Of a DNA stretch of 64,000 nt, positions 36,340 through 45,172 are shown piece by piece. The position numbers were made by a program, and so were the translations under genes. The DNA comes from an uncultured Myxococcales bacterium. Its GTDB lineage: Bacteria; Myxococcota; UBA4151. Positions within the stretch are counted from its first letter, which is position 1, and each line of letters begins with the position of its first letter. The notes beneath the pieces are model-generated. The model was not told where the DNA came from and made no database searches. It worked only from the letters and a program-made list of their open reading frames with translations. The stretch is from positions 32,001-96,000 of the forward strand of contig CAXGWI010000001.1 in assembly GCA_964013405.1 (NCBI GenBank). The letters are read 5' to 3'.

Positions 36340-36865
36340 CGAGATAGCCTCCTGACTGCTCAAGGGCAGCCTCTTCTCGCCCGATGCGATGCCGCAAAAG
36401 GAGCCCATTGGCTAGGCTGAATACGAGGGCTGTCATCCAAGCTCCGCCCAGTAATGGCAGGGCTAAAATCTCCAGTACCACGCCCAGATAGTTGGGGTGC
36501 CGAATCCACCGATAAAGCCCACCCACTTGGGGCGGTGCCTCGGGCAGGATCATGATCGTGACTGTCCACCGCGGCCCAAGGGTCGAAATGGCCTCCCAAC
36601 GCAAAGCTTGGCCCACAAGGAGTGCGAAGGCGCTGCTATAGACGAGCCAAGATGGTAGTTCAGTGGCAAAGAACGTGGCCTCGATGACGGCAGCGACCAA
36701 CCACAGGCTATGCAAGGCCCGCATCCAGGGCATCTGCTCTGGTGCGACTTCATAGCCTCCAGAGGCCACGATTTGGGCCTGATGCGTTGCGCTCAGGCGT
36801 AGTTCGGACAATCGCTGTAATCCAACCAGGCCAAGCAGTGCGAGGTAAGCCAGAAGAGGTGACAT
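36305..36865 (-). CDS. Isoprenylcysteine carboxyl methyltransferase family (FtpB/SrsB/BpsB-like)
   Basis: QRLSEL, TLGPRW, GLYRWIRHPNY, EE.AL; TGATG overlap with the PKS. Confidence 0.9.
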   Translation of the reverse strand: MSPLLAYLALLGLVGLQRLSELRLSATHQAQIVASGGYEVAPEQMPWMRALHSLWLVAAVIEATFFATELPSWLVYSSAFALLVGQALRWEAISTLGPRWTVTIMILPEAPPQVGGLYRWIRHPNYLGVVLEILALPLLGGAWMTALVFSLANGLLLRHRIGREEAALEQSGGYLDAFENRGRFIP

Positions 36866-37929
36866 CAGCCCACGCGCTCCAAGAGATTCAGCTCGGCACA
36901 AAAAGCCGGTCCCATCGCCGCCATCAGCCCCCGTTGTCCCGGGGGTGGCAAGGCTTTCAGCAATTCATGAAGAACGAACAAAACAGAGGTCGAACTCATG
37001 TTCCCATAGGTGGCCAGACTATCCCAACTCGCCTGCAGGTCAGCCTGACTCAAGCCCAGAGCTTCCTGCATGGCACCAAGGACCTTGGGGCCCCCGGGAT
37101 GGGCCACGTAGAAGTCTAAGGCATCTGCGCCAAGGTCAGCATCCCGAAGCAGACCTTCCACCGCAGAGGGAAGCTCCTCTTTCACAAGACTTGGAACCTC
37201 AGGGGATAAGACAACCTTAAAGCCACTATCGACAACATCCCAGCCCATGATCCGCTCGGTCTGCGGGAAGAAGACTGAGCGCGGATGCGACCAGGCCAGT
37301 GGTGCACTCGCCGCAAGCGGATGCTCATCACCAACCATCAGCACGGCCGCACAGCCGTCACCGAAGAGGCCACTGGCGATGATATTGGCCACACTCAGGT
37401 CTTCCCGCTGTAGCGTCAGCGAACAAAGTTCAACGGAGAGGAGAATGCCAGCCTCGCCGGGGTGTCCCCGCAGATAATCCCCCAGCCGGTTCACGCCAGC
37501 ACAGCCTGCGAGACAACCAAGGCCGAACAGGGGCACTCGTTTGGTCGCTGGCGAAAACTCCAGCCGATTCATCACCCGCGCCTCAAGACTCGGGACGGCG
37601 ATCCCCGTGACCGTGGTGCTGATCACGATCGAAATCTCGTCCGGTGCCAACCCGGCCCGGGCCAGCAGGTCCTGAATCGCCGCCTCTGCCATGTCTGTCG
37701 CCACTCGGATCCACGCATCGTTATGGGCGCCAAAGCCATCGAGCGACTCGTAGGCTTCGATGGGCAGCGCAAGATGGCGGCCGCCGACCAGAACATTTCG
37801 TTGAAACTGTTCGATCCGCCCCGGGTTGTAGTAGCGCTCGCCCCAACGCTGAAGGAGGGCAGCGATGAGTTCATCTTGGCTGTATTCATGGGGCGCTAAG
37901 GCCGTTGCCGTCGAATGAATCCGGACCAT
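36865..37929 (-). CDS. Type III polyketide synthase (FtpA/SrsA-like)
   Basis: Cys-His-Asn triad: GLGCLAG, HPGG, GNMSS; ELCSL; LFGDG. Confidence 0.95.
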   Translation of the reverse strand: MVRIHSTATALAPHEYSQDELIAALLQRWGERYYNPGRIEQFQRNVLVGGRHLALPIEAYESLDGFGAHNDAWIRVATDMAEAAIQDLLARAGLAPDEISIVISTTVTGIAVPSLEARVMNRLEFSPATKRVPLFGLGCLAGCAGVNRLGDYLRGHPGEAGILLSVELCSLTLQREDLSVANIIASGLFGDGCAAVLMVGDEHPLAASAPLAWSHPRSVFFPQTERIMGWDVVDSGFKVVLSPEVPSLVKEELPSAVEGLLRDADLGADALDFYVAHPGGPKVLGAMQEALGLSQADLQASWDSLATYGNMSSTSVLFVLHELLKALPPPGQRGLMAAMGPAFCAELNLLERVG

Positions 37930-38415
37930 TTATGTGACTCCCGTGCGTTGGATTAATCCGCTATCGATACGAAATCTCTTGAGCCACCGACCCTCGCAAT
38001 CCGCCATCCGTCGACTGTCCTCAGGGGCCTCGTGGTCTTCACCAAGGAGGTGAAGCAGTCCGTGGACCAGGAGGATGACCATTTCATCGGTAAGGCTGTT
38101 GCCAAGCTCCTGGGCCTGTCTGCGTGCTGTCTCGACTGAAATCACCACATCGCCGAGACAAGGTGCGTTGCGGGGGACGGGCAGGTCGAATTGGGGAAAG
38201 CTGAGCACATCAGTTGCCTGGTCAAGACCGCGCCATTCGGCGTTCAGAACTCGGATCCCATCATCATCAGTGAGCACGATACTCACCTCCGTGTGGCCCT
38301 CAGTGACCCAATCGGTGCAAATCGTCGCTGCCACTCTCCTCAACCGGCGTGGGATCGATGGTAGGAGTCGGATCGGCGTCTGGCTTTGGGTGCTGAGTCG
38401 AACTGTTGCTGTCAC
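37930..38415 (-). CDS. ybeY: rRNA maturation endoribonuclease YbeY
   Basis: TDVLSFP, LGDVVIS, HGLLHLLGEDH; GTG at 38415 after AGGAG. Confidence 0.93.
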   Translation of the reverse strand: MTATVRLSTQSQTPIRLLPSIPRRLRRVAATICTDWVTEGHTEVSIVLTDDDGIRVLNAEWRGLDQATDVLSFPQFDLPVPRNAPCLGDVVISVETARRQAQELGNSLTDEMVILLVHGLLHLLGEDHEAPEDSRRMADCEGRWLKRFRIDSGLIQRTGVT

Positions 38416-40726
38416 GGCGCTCCTTCGTTGCTGGCTCTTGGTAGCGCGGCCGATGATGGTAGATTCCAACCAAAACTGCGTGGAACGCATTCGCAATCTT
38501 GTGGAGGTCGCGCAGGGTCAGATCGCATTCGTCGAGTTGCCCTTCCGCGAAGATCTTATTGGTCATTTTCTGCACAAGACCTCGAAGGCGGTCCGGGTCA
38601 GGAATGTCGACGGTCTTGGCCGAAGCTTCGACCGCATCGGCAATCATGAGCAGGGCTGCTTCGGGGTATTGGGGCTTACGCCAATGATGGCTGTAATCCT
38701 CCACATCAACCCGCTCACCTTCGGGGGCTAGTTCCACAGCTTTCTTATAAAAGAAGCTGATGACCCGGGAGCCGTGGTGCATCTCGATCCCGTCGATGAT
38801 CTCCTCGCCGAGACCATAACTTCGGGCCAATTCCTGGCCCTCCGAGACGTGCTTTTTAATGATGAGCACACTCATGCTTGGTTTGAGCTTATCGTGGGGG
38901 TTCTCACCCCTTTGATTCTCGCCAAAATACTCCGGGTAGAGCCCTTTGCCGATGTCATGGTAATAGGCCATGACCCGCGCCAATAAGGGATTCCTACCGA
39001 TCGCCTGGGCCCCGGCTTCAACCAGCGAAGCGACCATCATGGAGTGGTGATAGGAACCCGGTGCTCGCAGCGCGAGCTCCCGAAGTGCAGGGTGATCGAG
39101 GTTGGAGAGCTCGGCCAAGCGCAAATTGGTCATGTAGCCAAAGACCCATTCGATCACCGGCGTGATCATCGGAATTCCAACGGCGGCGAGTAACCCACCG
39201 AGGACATAGTTGATGCCCTCGAACCCCATTTCTTGGCTGACGGCCCCCCCCTCGATGAGTGTCGTCCCCAGGCTAATGCCCCAGGCCGCAATTCCAGCGA
39301 CCAGGCCTGCTCGAAGGAAATCGGTGCGTCGGCGAGCTCCGTCCATCAAGCTCGCGCCCACCAAAGAGCCCAACATCACGGGTAGCGTATCGCTGATTTC
39401 CCCGGTGGCAGCGATGGCGATCAAGGGCGACGAAACCACCACAAAAACTAAGGTCACCGTTCCATCGAGCACGAAGGCCACGAGGAGGGCCCCCGCAACC
39501 ACTGGCAACAGGGGTCTCAACAGTCCGGCATGGAGTTCTGGGCGCTGGGCAGCCACGGCATCGAGAACGCCGCTCAAAAGGGAAATCGCCGCCAATTGAA
39601 CAACGAGGGTGACAGCCATAAAGGCCAGATCTCGAGCATCGGGCCGATACCGGGCCATGTGCCGCAAGGCGAACCAATGAACGCAGGCGACGAGCAAAGC
39701 GATGAGTAAACCGGCACCGAGGGCAACCAACCAAGCTGCTAAGGCGCCCTGCTGGTTAATCTGTTTGAACAACAGGACGTGGTCGGCGGTCACTTCTTGG
39801 CCCCGACGAACGAGCACTTCACCCCGAGCGACGTTTTGCACCACCACTGGGATCTGGTGTCGAGCTAAGCGCTGACGTTCGGCCGTCTCAGCGGCGTTGT
39901 AGGTCGCCGTTGGGACCACCAAATGTCCAAGCAGTTGGGCCAAACTGCGACCGATGCGATCGTCGATGCGCTCAAGGTTGGCGGCAACTCGCAACTCAGG
40001 CTCGCGACTGAGGACCACCTCGACAAGGCGCTTACGAAGTGTTTTCAGGTCATCGAGGGCCTCAAGGCTGGTGAATCGCTCTTGCCGTGGACCGCGCAGC
40101 GTTAGGCCACGCACAGCCCGAGACTGGGCCCGCTGGCGACTCTCCACGACAGGACGCTCGTAGACTGACTGCAAGACGTCACCGAGAACCTGGGCCACCT
40201 CAGTCCGATAGCCGAGGCGATCGAGGGCATCGAACTCCACCGGCATCCCCTGGATCTGAAGTCCCTTTGAGAACTCCAGTTGGGCTCGCTGGCGACGGTT
40301 GTTCAACTCGGCCAGCGCAAAGCTGTAATCGACTTCTCGGTCCCCGTCCCCTCCCCCATCGATCCGGTCTTGTAGGGCTCTTCTGGCTTCCGCGATGGCC
40401 TGCATCTCGACGGCCATCGCGGAGTAGGTCTCCCGGAGGACGCGAGTGACCCGATCCACGGCCACTCGAGCGTGATCGTAGACCACAGGAACAGTCTGAG
40501 CCGCCTCGTCCCGCCGCCGTTGGGTCTCAGCCTGGTCGGTCACTCGCGTGCTGCGGGCTGCACGAATATCTCGCAGGGCAACCTTTCCTGGCTCTGGTAC
40601 ACGCACTTGGGCCGTCGTGAGATCCGGGCGCATCGCCAAGGTGCCCGCAACCATCAGAAGGAGGATGAGACAGGCGAGGAGGCTTCGGCTTGGCTGGCCG
40701 CCTCGTGATCGTAGCAGGGACAACAT
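38300..40726 (-). CDS. 7TM-HD phosphohydrolase (PgpH-like cyclic dinucleotide phosphodiesterase)
   Basis: Extracytoplasmic domain + 7 TM + APGSYHHS, YYHDIGK, ENQ, HHG, ADAVEA; adjacent to ybeY. Confidence 0.9.
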   Translation of the reverse strand: MLSLLRSRGGQPSRSLLACLILLLMVAGTLAMRPDLTTAQVRVPEPGKVALRDIRAARSTRVTDQAETQRRRDEAAQTVPVVYDHARVAVDRVTRVLRETYSAMAVEMQAIAEARRALQDRIDGGGDGDREVDYSFALAELNNRRQRAQLEFSKGLQIQGMPVEFDALDRLGYRTEVAQVLGDVLQSVYERPVVESRQRAQSRAVRGLTLRGPRQERFTSLEALDDLKTLRKRLVEVVLSREPELRVAANLERIDDRIGRSLAQLLGHLVVPTATYNAAETAERQRLARHQIPVVVQNVARGEVLVRRGQEVTADHVLLFKQINQQGALAAWLVALGAGLLIALLVACVHWFALRHMARYRPDARDLAFMAVTLVVQLAAISLLSGVLDAVAAQRPELHAGLLRPLLPVVAGALLVAFVLDGTVTLVFVVVSSPLIAIAATGEISDTLPVMLGSLVGASLMDGARRRTDFLRAGLVAGIAAWGISLGTTLIEGGAVSQEMGFEGINYVLGGLLAAVGIPMITPVIEWVFGYMTNLRLAELSNLDHPALRELALRAPGSYHHSMMVASLVEAGAQAIGRNPLLARVMAYYHDIGKGLYPEYFGENQRGENPHDKLKPSMSVLIIKKHVSEGQELARSYGLGEEIIDGIEMHHGSRVISFFYKKAVELAPEGERVDVEDYSHHWRKPQYPEAALLMIADAVEASAKTVDIPDPDRLRGLVQKMTNKIFAEGQLDECDLTLRDLHKIANAFHAVLVGIYHHRPRYQEPATKERRDSNSSTQHPKPDADPTPTIDPTPVEESGSDDLHRLGH

Positions 40727-40735
40727 GACTATCGG

Positions 40736-41533
40736 TTACCCCTTGGGGGCCACCTGGCTCAAGCCCTTGGCTTCATTCCAGAGCGCGTCAAGGTCCGTGA
40801 CCCGCTCCCAGGTCTCGTTACGCTGGGCCAGAATCCCCTCGATCGCCTGGACTCGGTCGGTAAACTTCCGAGTGGCCCGGCGCAGGGCCGCTTCCGGCTC
40901 GAGGTCCATGTGCCGGGCCCACTGGGCGAGACTAAACAACAAGTCGCCAAACTCTCCTTCGAGATCCCCCTGATGGCCGCTTTGTCGCGCGGCCTCTAAC
41001 TCGTCTAACTCTTCTAGGACTTTCGACCGCACCCCGGCGACGTCTTCCCAGTCGAGCCCAACACGTGCGGCTTTTTCGCCGAGGCGAGCAGCCCGCTGGA
41101 GCGCGGGTGCAGCCGGCGGAATACCGGCGACGATGGAGCGCTGCTTCCCCTTTTTTTCTGCCCGCTTGATCTGTTCCCACTGCTGTTCGACCGCACCGGC
41201 ATCTAGACTTCGATTGTCTTCGAAAACATGGGGATGCCGCCGGATCAGTTTATCGCAAATACCATCGATCACTTCATCCAGGGTGAAGGCACGCTCCTCC
41301 TTGGCAATTCGGCTCTGGAAGACGACCTGGAGGAGAAGGTCTCCCAACTCATCACATTGGGCCTTTCGGTCGCCTCGCTCCATAGCCTCCAAGCACTCGT
41401 AGGCTTCTTCAATGAGGTAAGGCTGCAAACTCTCCATGGTTTGCTCAGCATCCCATGGACAACCACCAGGGTCGCGGAGTTGATCCATGATCTCGACGAG
41501 ACGGTCAAAGCGGGCTGCTGTTTCTGACATCAC
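40736..41533 (-). CDS. mazG: Nucleoside triphosphate pyrophosphohydrolase MazG
   Basis: GCPWD, EEAYE, ELGDLLLQ, KLIRRHPHVF, EFGDLLF. Confidence 0.96.
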   Translation of the reverse strand: MMSETAARFDRLVEIMDQLRDPGGCPWDAEQTMESLQPYLIEEAYECLEAMERGDRKAQCDELGDLLLQVVFQSRIAKEERAFTLDEVIDGICDKLIRRHPHVFEDNRSLDAGAVEQQWEQIKRAEKKGKQRSIVAGIPPAAPALQRAARLGEKAARVGLDWEDVAGVRSKVLEELDELEAARQSGHQGDLEGEFGDLLFSLAQWARHMDLEPEAALRRATRKFTDRVQAIEGILAQRNETWERVTDLDALWNEAKGLSQVAPKG

Positions 41534-41545
41534 ACCCTCCGCTGC

Positions 41546-43138
41546 CTAGCCTCGACGGCGCCGGCGAAGCCAGCGGCGAGGGTCTGGAATAGCATGAGAC
41601 AGCATCTCAAACTCAGGAAGTGAGAGGCTCCTGCAGGCCATCACGAGTGAGACGAGGCCGACGCCAACAAAAACAGACAGCTTGAAAATAGCCATCCATG
41701 AACTGCGCTCCCAACCAAACTCTTGCCGCAACCAATAAACAGGAAGGCCCATGATCGTCGCAGCAGCGATGCTGCGAAACAGACTCGCGACGAGCGCAGG
41801 ATAGACCCAACTCTCTAAAGACCGGCGGAGCCAATAGAGCAGAATGACCAATTGAACCAGGGTCGCGAGGGCGAGCCCCGCAGCGAGACCAGCCACACCA
41901 AAGTAGTATGCGAGCGCGCCACCAGCGACCGCATTGACGATGAGGGCGCAGACTCCAGCTTGAACGGGTCGTTTGGTATTTTTCAATGCGAAGAAGACCT
42001 GGGTGACCATCCGGACACCAGCGGCCGGGAGAAGCCCCACAGACAACCAAAACAGCACGTCAGCCGTGAGGGATGCGGCTTCTTTGCTGAAGTTTCCATG
42101 CCCAAACAGGACGATAATGATGGGATCCGCCAACAGGGCCATCCCGACCGCTGCAGCACAGGATACCAACAACAATGACCCCATGGAATTCCGAAAGAGT
42201 TCGGAGAACCCCCGGTGGTCACCCATGGCCCGAAACCGACTAAAGGACGGCTGACTTGCCGTGGCCATGGCGACCGCGAAGAGGCCTAAGGTCAGCTCTT
42301 GGACGCGGGTTGCGTTGTAATACTGTGTCACCGCGCCTTCGGGAAGCAAGCTGGCGTAGGTTCGCAGGATGACGATGTTGATCTGATAAACCGCAATGCC
42401 AAAGAGTTGGGGCACCATCAGGCGACCGGCCTCTGGCAAACCAGGGTGACCGGGCGCCCAAGCGGGCAACATGCCACATTTGCTGACGGCGACATCCGTA
42501 CCCATGACGATCAGTTGGACGATCCCACCGCAGACCACACCCACGGCCAAACCATAGATGGGGTGGGGCAAGAAGGTCATCGGAAGGACCGCACCTGCGA
42601 TCACGCAGATGTTGAAAAATACCGGCGTCGCTGCCGCTGACGCGAAGCGGCGATGCGCGTTTGCAATCCCGCCGTAAAATCCGACCAGCGAGACCAGGCC
42701 TAAATAGGGGAACATCCAACGGGTCAGGTTCAGAGCCAACTCAAAGGTCTTGGGGTCGTCGCGAAAACCAAATGCAAACAAGGAGACCAGCGCCGGCGCA
42801 AAGAACATCCCCAGTCCGACCAGGCTGAAGACGAGCAGGGCCCAGATTCCGAGGAGCGCTCGGGCGTAGCGCCGGGCTCCCTCTTCGCCCTCTTGGGCAA
42901 GGCGCTCAGCGTAGGTAGGGACCAGAATCGCTGAAACCGCCCCCTCGCCGACCAAACGACGAAAAACATTGGGGATGGTTTGGGCGATGAAGAACGCGTC
43001 GGCCACGATGGTTGCACCAAAGATATTGGCGACGACGATATCTCGGATGGCACCAAAAACTCGGGACACGAGGGTCCATGCGCCGACGACGCCCGTGGAA
43101 CGGGCCACCTTTCTCGTTTCCTCAGCGGCCTCGCTCAT
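41546..43138 (-). CDS. murJ: Lipid II flippase MurJ
   Basis: SRVFGAIRD, DAFFIA..IPNVFRR..GEG; about 14 TM. Confidence 0.94.
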   Translation of the reverse strand: MSEAAEETRKVARSTGVVGAWTLVSRVFGAIRDIVVANIFGATIVADAFFIAQTIPNVFRRLVGEGAVSAILVPTYAERLAQEGEEGARRYARALLGIWALLVFSLVGLGMFFAPALVSLFAFGFRDDPKTFELALNLTRWMFPYLGLVSLVGFYGGIANAHRRFASAAATPVFFNICVIAGAVLPMTFLPHPIYGLAVGVVCGGIVQLIVMGTDVAVSKCGMLPAWAPGHPGLPEAGRLMVPQLFGIAVYQINIVILRTYASLLPEGAVTQYYNATRVQELTLGLFAVAMATASQPSFSRFRAMGDHRGFSELFRNSMGSLLLVSCAAAVGMALLADPIIIVLFGHGNFSKEAASLTADVLFWLSVGLLPAAGVRMVTQVFFALKNTKRPVQAGVCALIVNAVAGGALAYYFGVAGLAAGLALATLVQLVILLYWLRRSLESWVYPALVASLFRSIAAATIMGLPVYWLRQEFGWERSSWMAIFKLSVFVGVGLVSLVMACRSLSLPEFEMLSHAIPDPRRWLRRRRRG

Positions 43139-44418
43139 TCCGCCTCTCGAGTGACGGATGCGCCCAGCTTCGACAGCTTGATCTCGAGATTCTCATAGCC
43201 CCGATCAAGATGGTAGATGCGCCGAACGATGGTCTCTCCATGAGCCACAAGACCGGCCAGAACCAAGGATGCCGAGGCCCTTAGATCCGAGGCGGTCACG
43301 GGCGCACCAGAAAGGCGCTTAACGCCTCGAATGGTGGCCGTCCGGCCCTCGACATGAATGTCCCCCCCCATGCGAACCAATTCGGAGGCGTGGAGGTAGC
43401 GATTCTCGAAGATTTTTTCCGTGAACATGCTGCGGCCTTGCGCCACTGCCATCACGGCCATCAGCTGAGCTTGCATGTCCGTCGGAAAGCCTGGGTATTC
43501 ACCAGTGGTCACATCGACCGCTCGGGGGCGAAATGGCGCGTCGATGGTCACCTCACCGATTCCGGCTCCATTGACCTCGCCGATCTTCAGGCGACAGTCA
43601 GCTTCCCTCAGTTTCTCCACCAAGGCCTCGACATGGGACACTGGGCAGTTCGACAAGGTGAGGGACCCCTGCCCGATCGCACCGGCACACAAGAGGGTGC
43701 CCGCCTCAATGCGATCCGGTGGCACCTCGAAACGGCAGCCCGAAAGACGGTCCTGCCCCTGAATCACCAACCGGTGCGTTCCCTCACCCTCGATCTCTGC
43801 ACCCATGGCCCTGAGCAATTCGACGAGGGCGACAATCTCAGGCTCCCGGGCCGCGTTCTCGATCACACTCTCGCCCCGGGCCAAGACCGCAGCCATCAGG
43901 GCATTCTCCGTACCGCCGACCGTGATCTTCTCAAACACGACCCGCCCACCGACCAAGCCGCCGGGGGGGGTACGAGCAACCACATAGCCGGACTCCACCT
44001 CGATCCGGGCCCCTAGGGACTCCATGGCCTTCAAGTGGAGATCCACCGGCCGGGATCCAATGGCGCAGCCGCCCGGCATACTGACCCGAGCCTGCCCGCA
44101 GCGAGCAAGAAGCGGCCCCAGCACAAGAACCGAAGCCCGCATCGTCCGCACCAGATCATAGGCTGCGGTGGTGTCCTCGATCGTGGGTGTCGTCAGAACG
44201 AGCTCGCCGCCCCGGCGCTCTGTGAATTCCGTACCGAGGCTCACCAACAATCGCCCCATGGTCTGAACATCGACGAGCCGTGTGGGGGCTCCGGCAAAGC
44301 GGATCGGTTCTTCCGACAACAAAGTCGCCGCCATTAAGGGAAGCGCAGCATTTTTCGCGCCGCTCACCCGAACCGTACCACTGATGGGGCGCCCACCCTG
44401 GATGCGAAAGATATCCAT
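43135..44418 (-). CDS. murA: UDP-N-acetylglucosamine 1-carboxyvinyltransferase
   Basis: GAKNAALP, MRASVL, PGGCAIG, GFPTDMQ, DLRA, HLDRGY. Confidence 0.98.
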   Translation of the reverse strand: MDIFRIQGGRPISGTVRVSGAKNAALPLMAATLLSEEPIRFAGAPTRLVDVQTMGRLLVSLGTEFTERRGGELVLTTPTIEDTTAAYDLVRTMRASVLVLGPLLARCGQARVSMPGGCAIGSRPVDLHLKAMESLGARIEVESGYVVARTPPGGLVGGRVVFEKITVGGTENALMAAVLARGESVIENAAREPEIVALVELLRAMGAEIEGEGTHRLVIQGQDRLSGCRFEVPPDRIEAGTLLCAGAIGQGSLTLSNCPVSHVEALVEKLREADCRLKIGEVNGAGIGEVTIDAPFRPRAVDVTTGEYPGFPTDMQAQLMAVMAVAQGRSMFTEKIFENRYLHASELVRMGGDIHVEGRTATIRGVKRLSGAPVTASDLRASASLVLAGLVAHGETIVRRIYHLDRGYENLEIKLSKLGASVTREAE

Positions 44419-45044
44419 CAGCGACCCTTGAGCGGCCGCACACGGATATTGCGGATGTGGAGGTCAGTCTTCCAGTTATTGAACCCTAGCCGGTCGTGAC
44501 CAGGCCCCACTAACGGCTTTTTGTCTGTCCGCTGCATGAAGGGACGACCGTCGAGAAACCACTCGATGAGCCCTGAGCCGCCATGGAGACTGCGCCTGAC
44601 CTTCCACTGGTACCAGTGGCCTGGATCCCACTTGCCCTTCTTCCGAGTCCGACCGGTTTCATGTTCATCTTCTTTGGCGATCACGGCCAATGAGTTCCCC
44701 CAGCCACCGAGAATGCTGATGTAGCCGCTCTCGTGCCGAACCCCATCACCGCAAAACTCAAGCTTTCCGTCAGGCAGGTCTCGGCCCATCATCTCAAACT
44801 CAACCTCGAAGCTGTCGGGGACTTTGCGCTGGAGCCACAAAGGAAAGCGATTCTCCTCGCCAAGACTGCGCAACACACCATTCTCAACCCGCCAACTCCC
44901 GCCAACCGAAGCGAGCACGGTCGGGTCGATCTGCGATCCAAAATCGATCCGAAGCTCCTCGGTGAGCAGGGGAACCTCAGCACCGGCAGGCATGCGGCAG
45001 GCACCGGCGCAGATGAGCAATAGGCAGACGACCCGCAACGGCAA
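44418..45044 (-). CDS. Hypothetical lipoprotein, probably a concanavalin-like beta-sandwich
   Basis: Lipobox AGAC; Trp/Gly-rich beta pattern (WRVENG, GGWGN, GFNNW). Confidence 0.6.
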   Translation of the reverse strand: MPLRVVCLLLICAGACRMPAGAEVPLLTEELRIDFGSQIDPTVLASVGGSWRVENGVLRSLGEENRFPLWLQRKVPDSFEVEFEMMGRDLPDGKLEFCGDGVRHESGYISILGGWGNSLAVIAKEDEHETGRTRKKGKWDPGHWYQWKVRRSLHGGSGLIEWFLDGRPFMQRTDKKPLVGPGHDRLGFNNWKTDLHIRNIRVRPLKGR

Positions 45045-45172
45045 ACTCCTCGCTTGGTGTCGCTGCCTACCCGAAGCCTGGTCTGTTGCAAACGGCTTTA
45101 CGGTGGAAGGCCCGAAAGTGAACTTGTCGCGCTCCAGGCCGCGGGCTACGCCCCAGGCAGGAGGACAAGGTC

